DNA from: Lingula anatina
Taxonomy: Eukaryota > Animalia > Brachiopoda
Length of the DNA: 64,000 nucleotides
Assembly: GCA_051362555.1 (NCBI GenBank)
Contig: CM120644.1
Location: forward strand, 16,142,534-16,206,533
Reading direction: 5' to 3'
The notes under the pieces are model-generated. The model ran no database searches. It was given only the letters and a program-made list of their open reading frames with translations, and had not been told where the DNA came from. Shown here in pieces: positions 54,475 through 62,325 of this stretch; positions within the stretch are counted from its first letter, which is position 1; each line of letters opens with the position of its first letter. A program made the position numbers and the translations under genes.

Positions 54475-56730
54475 CCGGTATGAATGTTTAAAACTGAAAG
54501 TGAAACCGTTACACTACGAGTGCAGATACAAATTGAATCAATTACTATATAAATAGTAAATTGCCGGGTAAGATTCTTCTCTTTTTCTTTGAAAACATCT
54601 TTTATAAAGAAATTGCTGTATAAGACCAAGTCTATTCGTGCTTACTTGCTAAGTTTCAACTAAGACCCGGCCTAGAACTCGCCCACAAATTAAATTTACA
54701 CGAAAACAAAAGCAGGTAATGTAATATATATTACCTTTGTCCTTCCCGCTATTTACTACCACTAACGCGCGCAATTACGATATGAGTCAAAATTTGCATT
54801 ATTGAAAAATTATATCACTTCTATTGAACAAACGGTACATGAAAAATGTAATGGGACCATGTATTGTTTGAATATACCGGTAGCCATTCTGTGTTCTAAA
54901 CACGCTTTGAAGCTTCGGATCATGACATTCCGAGTCTGGTACAGTGCGTCAGCGAACTTGTAGAATACTCAGCTGCGCGCTTTAAAGTACATTGGTGTGG
55001 CTGACATTGCGCAATACAGCGCAAAGTAATGATCGAATTGGATGAACGTTCTTGTACATGCCTTTCCAGTTTTCTCTTTTTCTTTTGCTATTACACCTTT
55101 TTATTAAAAAACAAAAAACAAACGCCAACTTATCTGACTATGTCGAGCAAATTGTTTTTCAAACGAAGAGTTTTTTCTTTTGAAGATATAAGAAAATTGA
55201 CACTTGTAAAAAATTATAAATTTTACCCAAAATGCAGTTGGGGATGGTGCTTCCTGTGGTCCACACGCCGTCTGGGCGACACACGTACTCAGACTCTACG
55301 GGGCCCTCAAATTTGTAGCCAGGGAGGCACTTGACCTGACATCTGGTGTCGGTCACACCGTCGGCACACTGGATTTGTCCGTTCTGTGGGGCGGCGGGCC
55401 TCACACAGTTGGACACAGCTGAAAACGGGAATTATAAAGATTTTGAATATTAATTTCACTCCATAAATTTATTTATTCATAAATTATTATTATTATTTAT
55501 TTTATTTATTTATTATTATTGTTATTATTATTATTATTTTTTTTTTGCACTTCTAAAATAAATCAGACAATAATTGTAGTAGGCCCTACATGACTATTTG
55601 TAAGTTGTCTATTTATTTAAAAGTTGTGACTTTCTTTCTCATTTACAATAAACGTACATATATTCTTTATTTCTGTGAGTTTTTTTATGTACCTTATTTT
55701 TTATTATCCATTTATCCATTTTATAGATATTATTTTGTTGCTGTTTTTATTAATATAGGCCTACTCACCATACTGACAGCGGCTACCACGGTAACCTGCC
55801 TGGCAACGGCACGTGAACGGAAGGATGCAGGCACCACCATTCATACAGGACGGATTGCAAATAGCTAGAAAGAGAACAGGAGACTTTTCGACATACACGG
55901 AAACTGTACAAAATGCTTCTGCAAGAGTGACCACATGGATCTGGGGCAAAAGTTTGTACTAATGCTCATGTTAAGGCGTTCGTATAGAACAAACGCGATT
56001 TTTTTTTATAATGGAAATTAAATAAATCCGTTTGCTTCCGATTTAGAAATAAATCAGTTCAGCTCAGGTAAAGCACAATTTACAGCGTAATTAGCGAGAA
56101 CGTGTTTTATGTGCGCAAAAATTAAGTAGATTCTTTTTTTTTTTAATTATAATAGTTCATCATTATTCCACGTACGTTTGCAGTCCTGGAAGGTGCCGGT
56201 ACCCCCTGACCACGACCCCCAGCCGAGATCACATCTCTGGGTCTCCTCCTTGGCTCCGGAGGGAAAGATGTAGTTTGGCCGACAGGTGGCGGTGCAGACC
56301 CTGGAATAAGACATTAAGATTTTTTAAAAAGTTTTTTAAGTGACACGCATGACATTTATCTGTTTTTTCATTAACGTTTCCCCCTTGATTCTCTCTGTCA
56401 TTATTAATTTTTTTTTGGGAGGGTGAGGGGGGGATGTCACAACAACTCTAAAATTATGACATGTCGGCGACATTGCAATCATTCTTTCCAATTAACTTTT
56501 TGAAGAAAGATCAAACATCAGTCAGTATTCATAAAGTACATTTTTGCAGTTTGTCTTCCTTTTTTTTGTCATTTTCAGAAGGGTAGAGGATACGTGCACT
56601 CACTTCTCCATCCCGTCCCAGGAATCCTCGCATTTCACCGTGGCGTTTCCTGGGGCACGGGGCTCTGGGCATACATCTGTGGAAATAAAAAAATAAAATA
56701 AAATGACGAGGTGTTTCTATTTTATCTACT

Positions 56731-56769
<39 letters not shown>

Positions 56770-56854
56770 AAGTGTGTGTTCAGATGTCTACCTTTACTTG
56801 CTCATCTTTGTATAGTTGTATCTATTCGTTCATCCATCGTGTATTTTATTTGCT

Positions 56855-56886
<32 letters not shown>

Positions 56887-59800
56887 TATTCATTCCAATA
56901 CAGTGCTCATTACAGATAACTGCAAATTTACATTTCATTTTAGACAAATCGATGTTTATAAAAAAAAAACACTACACATTTTAGGTACTGTACATGTAGT
57001 TGTTGTAAAAATGTTAGTAATTGTATAATTAAATTATACTATCAAAGCTGTCCGTGACTACAGGTGATTTAGCTTCAAGGGACGACACCTGTTGTACATT
57101 TAAAATAGCAACAAATAATTTTGATCAAACAAAAAGGGGTGTAAGAAGCACTGATTTATTTCAGAAAACCAGATTAAGCCCAGTGTCTTTTTTCAACTAA
57201 CACTTTCGTGACGTCATTAGAATCATGGCAACGGAACAACTCGTGCGTCGTCCTTGGATTCGCTAATTCAACTCAAGTATGGGTGAATTAATCTCCAATC
57301 CCCTTTCAGATAAGCATTGACCTCGGGGCATGCTTCAGTCAAGACTAATGAGTTGTCAAACAACGACGTGACTTTCGCACAAAAATTCTTAATCCGTCAA
57401 AGTTCTATTTGATCCTGTTTTAATGAATCTTCTTACAAAGGAAGCGAATTAATCCCCCTATTTTCGCTCATTTTTCCGTGGGATTGGGATAAATAGTGGC
57501 CTCGCCTACAAAAATGTGTCTATTTTGGTATTTGGTTGAATAGGATTGTCAGCATTGAGATTTTTCAACTGAATTATTAAAGTGATCATCATAAATGACA
57601 TCTCCGAACCTACTGATAAAATCGTTTTGTTGGCTAGATATTAGACACTAATTGTTATAATTGCGTGTCTTCTTTTTTCCTATAAAGAGCGTCCAAATGT
57701 ATAAGGCCACACCCAATCTCCTGTCAGAACACAGGGACGGGCTTTTACATGCAGAACCTACTTAATGGTTACTTTGGGATTTTTAAAGTAATATTTTCTC
57801 AGAAACATACAGGAGATGACTTGAATGTAATGATGGCAATTTGATAACGATCACTTTATTTAATGCTTAATGACTCTTTTTTTAACTCGCTTTCTTCCAA
57901 AAGAAAAAGAAATGCAACAGAGAACAAAGACCGTTTTAAAACTGTTATAAACCTCGCAAGCTGTATTTTGTTCGTTCTAAACCTTTTTTACTTGTTTCAA
58001 AAAACCAAAGTATTAATAAAAGGAACGCAGGCCGCATTTCTACGCTCATAACCAGATTATCCTTTCATTTCCCTTAGGCCACGTGCTTTTGACCCTTTAA
58101 TGTGTCTTAATCGCAGTTATCGCTAACTTAAAGCTTTCTATCTTAACGAGAACACAACACTCGTTTGCATACATCTTCCAATGTTTGAACGCCGTTGAAA
58201 GGTTCTACGCAGTTATCTTGAAAACATGCGATAAAAGTCAATTTAAAGCCATGACAAATCGTGACTTAAATAAACAATTTTGCCGGTTCCCGGAGACACG
58301 CTTTAAAAGGGACGTGGACATTTTTAGCTGTTTGTTTTCTTTATTATTATTGATGGGGACATTTATATCTTGACTGCAAAGATTTTCTTGAAGGTTTAGC
58401 GGTGTGGGAGGACATACATCTTCAGGGCATAATTGAAGAGATTGCAAAACTAAAAAAACAACTTGCATTATTATGTGTATTTACATCAGACCAAAAAGAA
58501 ATACAAGGCTGCCGAAGAAGTATTGATAAGGAATGAAGCCTGAATACTTGTGTATTTTTAACTGCGGCTGGAATTAAGGGTACATCTAGACGGAGTTATC
58601 ACGGGGAACAACCACGGGGCTTGACAACCCGTAAAAAACGCAACAACAAGCACTTGCCTTACAATTTATGCCATCAGCATATTGACAAATATTTAAAGTA
58701 TCAAATATCCAGAGTCTTCAAATCCTAGGCTTACGATTTTGCACACAACAGTTTTCTTTATATTTCATATCACGGATTTATGTTTCAACGCAGCGAGGTT
58801 TAAATCTATATGATTTTAAAATTTATCGAACGATATGGGGTAAACAAAATATGTACTTAAAAGAAAAAAACAACCTCGAGTCATTGATAGCATTTTTTGT
58901 TCAGATTTAAATTGAACCCATTCCCGTCCCCAACCGCGTCCAAGGAGCATGTATCATACGTACTCTGGATTGTTGCGTATCTTAGCGTACACGGATTGCG
59001 GACCCTTGATAGGCGGAGATACCATTGTCGAGTGCACGTAAAGATTAAGACGCTAGCTACTTTAACGTTATCCCAATGTGCGTTCACACCTAAAAAAATA
59101 CACCCGACTTTCGTCGCGGTCGCTGTCTTACGTCATCAGCAATGTGTTAGCCACGTGGTCGCCAGCCCACCGGTGGGTCAACTTAGTGACGAAACAGAAC
59201 TGTGTGCAGGTGTGATTTTGCTTGGCTTACAACCGGCCGGTTTATTTACGACTACTGAGGCTAAGTTTTGAACGCTATCGAACCCGATCTGTTTTGGTGT
59301 GAACGGAACGTGATCATACCGCAATCCAGCAACGCAGGAAGTTCGAGGTGATTTTAAGGCCTGACCATTTTAACCTTTTGCGTTTATAAACAGATAATAA
59401 ACACATTGGTATATAGACAAAATAAATAAATACATCTACTGACTCCTTATGCAATTAAACTGCTCGTTTGCGAGTACAGTTGTTTTAAAATAGTATTTTA
59501 AGCATTATTTCCTAAAAATTATTTATTTATTTATCTATCTGTTTATTTATTTACTTTATGCATTTATTTATTCTGCTAATGACATTTTGATCTTAATGTT
59601 GCAAAGGATATATATTTTCAATTTCATTCTTTTTGCAAGGTATCGTAAATAAATGTGCAAATGCATGTGTGGATTATTGCTGTCAAAAATGTTAGAGTTA
59701 ATGATCGGGAAAAGCATATGGTAATAAAAGGAAAAAACTTATAAAATAGATATTATAATTTGTAGAATTTGATCAACATTGAATTCATTTCATACAAAGT

Positions 59801-62107
59801 ATAAATCGAAAATTACAATGAAATAAAATTAAGCAAAATTTATGAAGCGTTTTCAAAAGTATTTGCCTCAGAAACTTTATCAGTATCTCTAATGTAATTA
59901 AACACTATCAGTAAAGGTAAAGCACTGCAGCAGCTTTGAAGTGCTGCGTCATCTTGCATCATGAAGTCACGACAAATAACACGTGTAAAGAATTTGCACA
60001 AGTGGAAGCTGCTCCACGCCTTGCATAATCAAATAAAAACAAGCGAATAAAATATCCATTACATCACTTTATTTCTTATCGCTTGGCCATCAGCAGAAAG
60101 TGAAACTTTGACAATTACAACACCCAAAGCCCATCTTCGTTATCAACTACGCAATAGTTTTCTCATTAATTCGCTTTTATCTTATCCAAATCTCATCCTT
60201 CATCGCACGCGCTGATTTGCGGGGGACTGCGAATTGTTTTTATGAAATCGAGAAAGTTCTCAAAAAGTCACGACCGAAGAGCAACAATCGAATCAAAACA
60301 TCATCAAGTCGTCTAAGCGGTTGAGTTGATACTTTGTTTTTATCGATTGATAGAGAGGGACCTGCACGCTCGCTCCGATAAGGGAAATATTTGACAGTGG
60401 TGAGTTTAGTTTTTAGCACCCAGGGAAAGCGGTATTAATACCCCAACAACGGGATTAGAGCGGTCTTTCTACCCACGCATTAACTGCTGTTGCCATAGAA
60501 ATATTGTGCGTTATCTTGGGAGACGAGGTGCGGCTGTGAGAGAGTGGGTTTTGTTTTTCACGTGAATTTTTTGGGAAAATGCTGAAGACAGCATTTTATC
60601 TAAAGGAGAATACACGGAAAGAATTTATTTCTGAATCCGAAAAAAGCATACGAAGAAAGCCACCTCGACTTTGTCAAAAATCGTGCAAAAATGCCAAATG
60701 TCGCAAATTAAGTACATGTATACTAAGATTCGTCTCTTTTGTTTCTTCTATTCATTTACTCTTTCTTAAAATCAAATTTGAGGCACTTCTAAGGACTACA
60801 AATACTCCACGCACACGCAACTGATGCATTTACACACGCACAACTTAACTAATACACACAAAACGCGCGCGCACTCAAAGCACTTACCGCCGAAGCCCCC
60901 GAAACCACCGTTTCCTCCGAAGTCGGTCATATCGTTCAAGTCTGGCGCACGAACTATAACGAAAAAGAAAAAATGTCAGAAACAGTTTTTATTTCATATT
61001 AAAGCGCCTTAAAAGCAAATACATGCCAAAGTAATCTGTTAGTACTATCTGGGTGTTCTACAGTAGGCTGTTACAAAATTAGAGTATCGTATACTTTCAT
61101 TTTGTATTTTACTTTAGAAGCCCCTGATATCAGAGAGTAATCTATCAGCTACTTTTCGTCATCGCTCCCTTCACACGGTAACAAATTCTGTCATACATTC
61201 GGTTGACGTTAAAAAAAAACTAAACGAATGGAGACAGATTGCGCTTTGTGCAAGGATTTAGGAGACGATAAAGGCATACCTTACATAAGTACGATAACTC
61301 TACGATAACCATACGATTACTGATAAAAAAAAAATTTACCTCTAACTCTTGCCTATCTCTTTTTTATTCCTCATCTCGATCATTCATAATAAAAACGGAT
61401 CTTGCTAAGTATTACCGCAAAACTGTATTATCTAACTCAAACATTTAAGTTATCGGTAAAAGATTATTTTACTTACGGATATTCGCACTGCTACGTTTCC
61501 GCCTTTCATGGTCCCTAAAGTAGCAAAATGAATAGAAATAAATAGATTAAACCATTTTTCCTTTGCCAATGGGTGACAGGAAGATGGCATACATGGGCAA
61601 CATTGTTTAATTATTAATTACGTATTTAGATAAATGAGCTTTCCATTGTTTCATATTAAACTTGATGTATAAAGCTATCGAGCTCTCGATTTCAAAGACA
61701 CTTTTAAGAGCGAAAACATCGTAAAGGTACAATTTTAATAGACCATGTGTATTTCTCTACTTGCTGACTTGGATCAGACGTAGGGCTGTGGAATTCTTGA
61801 ACTTGAACTTCTTGAACAGTAGTTCGCAGATAACATTAGCTCAAAAATCAACTATTTTTCAGTTTTCGATCCAAAAACACGATATTTCCTTTGCTAGTTT
61901 CATGTGTACGCAGAGAAAATCCATTCCTTATCGTGTGGTTGGAAAACTAATATAAAATACTTCCTGGTTATTCTTTATCATAAAAAAACGAGCCCAGTAG
62001 AAAAAAATTCTGAAATTGTTTAAAGTTTGATAAAAGCCTTACCTTGTGTTAGCAGCTAGGCTACTTGCCAGCAAGCAGCAGATAATAGAGGCACGTAGAA
62101 GTGCCAT
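448..62107 (-). CDS. Giant secreted hemolectin/hemocytin-like gel-forming mucin (VWD/C8/TIL, CysD, FA58C, PTS); 81 coding exons in window, at least 8725 aa, 3' end beyond position 1
   Basis: Manually spliced exons in transcript order: 62043-62107, 61477-61514, 60888-60953, 56604-56676, 56176-56300, 55769-55864, 55227-55418, 54239-54341, 53558-53643, 53193-53255, 52400-52963, 51981-52111, 51428-51587, 50934-51168, 50250-50478, 49845-49970, 49149-49464, 48727-48897, 47928-48165, 47239-47589, 46702-46949, 46056-46240, 45281-45671, 44738-44850, 44058-44239, 43203-43647, 42741-42840, 41306-42238, 39563-40723, 38990-39171, 38463-38612, 37932-38076, 36761-37672, 36377-36466, 34750-36156, 33632-34279, 32642-33251, 30459-32332, 29008-30078, 28574-28669, 27680-27921, 27079-27210, 22526-26651, 21391-22218, 20589-20929, 20225-20360, 19911-19985, 19568-19749, 19184-19330, 18006-18818, 17512-17701, 16855-17183, 16234-16390, 15666-15737, 15055-15105, 14430-14486, 12370-12525, 11735-11907, 11266-11413, 10887-10970, 10629-10771, 10137-10281, 9513-9691, 8983-9081, 8408-8558, 7950-8114, 7467-7589, 7043-7311, 6413-6621, 5849-6051, 5324-5506, 4703-4926, 4096-4294, 3508-3867, 2986-3162, 2527-2565, 2029-2238, 1708-1760, 1372-1432, 1071-1129, 448-561. 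All introns are GT..AG and phases chain without a frameshift. The order EGF-3xVWD ... FA58C-LDLa-2xVWD-VWC resembles insect hemolectin/hemocytin. Confidence 0.9.
2986..4926 (-). CDS. Fifth VWD (GDPH)-C8-TIL assembly (exons 72-75)
   Basis: [45 protein letters not shown]..; [21 protein letters not shown]. Confidence 0.9.
5324..7589 (-). CDS. Fourth VWD-C8-TIL assembly (exons 67-71)
   Basis: [38 protein letters not shown]; C8 [10 protein letters not shown]; [21 protein letters not shown]. Confidence 0.88.
7950..9691 (-). CDS. TIL/VWC-like modules, LDL-receptor class A repeat and PTS linker (exons 63-66)
   Basis: LDLa [34 protein letters not shown] in exon 8408-8558. Confidence 0.85.
8164..8194. 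repeat. (AG)n microsatellite
   Basis: About 15 AG units with one interruption. Confidence 0.85.
9294..9477. mobile_element. Intronic MITE (184 bp) with poly-G tract
   Basis: Imperfect terminal inverted repeats CAGGCCTGTAGCC / GGCTACGATCCTG (10 of 13 match), flanked by ACATG direct repeats (9289-9293, 9478-9482); internal repeat GGGAAAAGGTCCACT twice. Confidence 0.7.
10137..12525 (-). CDS. FA58C domain 7, PTS linker and CysD 14 (exons 57-62)
   Basis: CSDPMGL..ARL..GWVA|[21 protein letters not shown]; [15 protein letters not shown]. Confidence 0.88.
14430..15737 (-). CDS. Three small Pro/Thr-rich phase 1-1 exons (15666-15737, 15055-15105, 14430-14486)
   Basis: [23 protein letters not shown]; [16 protein letters not shown]; [19 protein letters not shown]. 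Each has an AG acceptor and a GTAAG/GTAGG donor; lengths 72, 51 and 57 nt. Confidence 0.7.
16234..22218 (-). CDS. Exons 44-53: PTS exon followed by FA58C domains 3-6
   Basis: Four repeats of C..MG/MV..[LI][TS]xSS..RL/RF..GW/AW..W[LI][QV][IV]D/A..G[IV].TQG..YST/SVDG..F.[GA]N..A[RK][YF].R..P..[LM]R.E..GC. Confidence 0.9.
21480..21653. repeat. Coding 33-bp tandem repeat, about 5 near-identical copies ([11 protein letters not shown])
   Basis: Unit ggtgttggttcctctccagacttgggggtggat repeated directly. Confidence 0.92.
22526..26651 (-). CDS. Largest exon (4126 nt): PTS with CysD domains 10-13
   Basis: Corresponds to the 1336-aa ORF; CGWTSW, CDMWSGW, CGWTPW and CAYWSPW CysD starts; AG acceptor at 26652-26653, GTAAG donor at 22521-22525. 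Confidence 0.92.
23653..23964. repeat. Coding 102-bp tandem repeat, 3 copies ([34 protein letters not shown])
   Basis: Three near-identical 34-aa units in the 1336-aa ORF. Confidence 0.88.
27079..30078 (-). CDS. Exons 39-42: PTS, CysD 9, isolated TIL plus E/VWC-like module
   Basis: [14 protein letters not shown]; [27 protein letters not shown]; YGDVW..CTKCTC. Confidence 0.85.
30459..33251 (-). CDS. Exons 37-38: PTS, FA58C domain 2, CysD domains 7-8
   Basis: CKEPMG..ARLN..GGWSPR|[26 protein letters not shown]; CEPKWSPW; CKTSRWGPW. Confidence 0.88.
33632..37672 (-). CDS. Exons 33-36: PTS segments with CysD domains 4-6
   Basis: [18 protein letters not shown] and CVPGWTPF starts, each ending DY[EQ]V..C; long ORFs in the track. 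Confidence 0.88.
35210..35750. repeat. Coding 54-bp ([18 protein letters not shown]) and 78-bp ([26 protein letters not shown]) tandem repeats
   Basis: About 3 copies of each, visible in both protein and DNA; boundaries approximate. Confidence 0.8.
37932..39171 (-). CDS. Discoidin/FA58C domain 1 (exons 30-32)
   Basis: [45 protein letters not shown]. Confidence 0.88.
39563..43647 (-). CDS. Exons 26-29: PTS segments with CysD domains 1-3
   Basis: [17 protein letters not shown] (split over two exons); [16 protein letters not shown]; [17 protein letters not shown]; PTPSP-rich spacers. Confidence 0.88.
41810..42070. repeat. Coding 57-bp tandem repeat ([19 protein letters not shown]-like), 4-5 copies
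   Basis: ggagatggtgttgg..caacaactggtgtctttgt recurs every 57 nt. Confidence 0.8.
44058..46949 (-). CDS. D3 assembly: VWD-C8-TIL-E (exons 21-25)
   Basis: [73 protein letters not shown], typical of the mucin/VWF D3 assembly. Confidence 0.9.
47239..50478 (-). CDS. D2 assembly (VWD with GDPH, C8, TIL) plus D'-like TIL (exons 15-20)
   Basis: [28 protein letters not shown]; [17 protein letters not shown]; TIL' [18 protein letters not shown]. Confidence 0.9.
48546..48705. repeat. (TATTG)n pentanucleotide microsatellite, degenerate
   Basis: tgtattgtattgtattg.. about 30 units, just inside the intron after exon 18. Confidence 0.92.
50934..52963 (-). CDS. D1 assembly: VWD-C8-TIL (exons 11-14)
   Basis: [43 protein letters not shown]; C8 [10 protein letters not shown]; [21 protein letters not shown]. 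Confidence 0.9.
53193..56676 (-). CDS. Exons 4-10: Sushi/CCP, EGF, Sushi, Sushi N-terminal modules
   Basis: [28 protein letters not shown]; [32 protein letters not shown] (55769-55864); [31 protein letters not shown]; [32 protein letters not shown]. Confidence 0.8.
53899..54057. mobile_element. Intronic non-autonomous DNA transposon (Merlin-like by termini and TSD length)
   Basis: GTTGAGGA(G) direct repeat at 53891 and 54058; GGGGC..GCCCC termini; inverted subterminal repeats gaaggttcactggtccgaa / ttcagaccaatgaaccttc. Confidence 0.7.
54423..54472. repeat. (TG)n microsatellite
   Basis: About 25 perfect TG units. Confidence 0.95.
56733..56767. repeat. (TC)n microsatellite
   Basis: About 17 TC units. 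Confidence 0.9.
60888..61514 (-). CDS. Exons 2-3: short propeptide RDHERRKR|SSANI and Gly/Phe-rich linker ([12 protein letters not shown])
   Basis: Exons of 38 nt (61477-61514) and 66 nt (60888-60953) with AG/GTAAGT boundaries; phases 2-1 and 1-1 join exon 1 to exon 4 in frame. Confidence 0.75.
62043..62107 (-). CDS. Exon 1: start codon and signal peptide [21 protein letters not shown]
   Basis: ATG at 62107-62105 in an AAAATGG context, hydrophobic core, small-residue cleavage region, donor AG|GTAAGG; phase 2 matches the next exon. Confidence 0.85.
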
Positions 62108-62219
62108 TTTCGGAAAGAAACTAGCTCTCCTTTGAATTTCTAGTTGCGTTTCGGGAATTATGTAAACGCTAATAAGGGAACTAGCGGTAAGAGCCTTATC
62201 CTCTTCTTGCTCGACTCCC

Positions 62220-62325
62220 GCTGAAGCGTGAAGCTCGGGGACGGCCCTTTTTAACAAGGCTTCCACTCCGGAGTTGCGGTTCTCAAACTTTGGACCAATT
62301 AAGGCGCGCCAAGCCGTCACGTGAC
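62220..62325 (-). promoter_or_regulatory. Putative core and proximal promoter of the mucin gene
   Basis: TATA-like TTAAAAA (62248-62254, minus strand) about 30 nt upstream of an Inr-like TTCAG (62221-62225); CCAAT 62295-62299; GGCGCGCC 62303-62310; palindromic E-box GTCACGTGAC 62316-62325; about 115 nt of 5'UTR to the ATG. Confidence 0.55.

Noticed and set aside
58238-58421. ag|ATGTATGTCC (DVCPPTP..) resembling the start of exon 4 (ag|ATGTATGCCC, DVCPEP)
   Set aside because: Similarity is limited to about 10 nt, the acceptor lacks a good pyrimidine tract, there is no Sushi pattern and no matching phase-2 donor was found
448-62107. Naming the gene SCO-spondin, VWF, MUC5AC or MUC2
   Set aside because: No TSP1 repeats or LDLa array (SCO-spondin), no VWA domains (VWF), and 5 VWD plus FA58C does not fit vertebrate MUC genes; orthology needs a phylogeny, so no symbol is given
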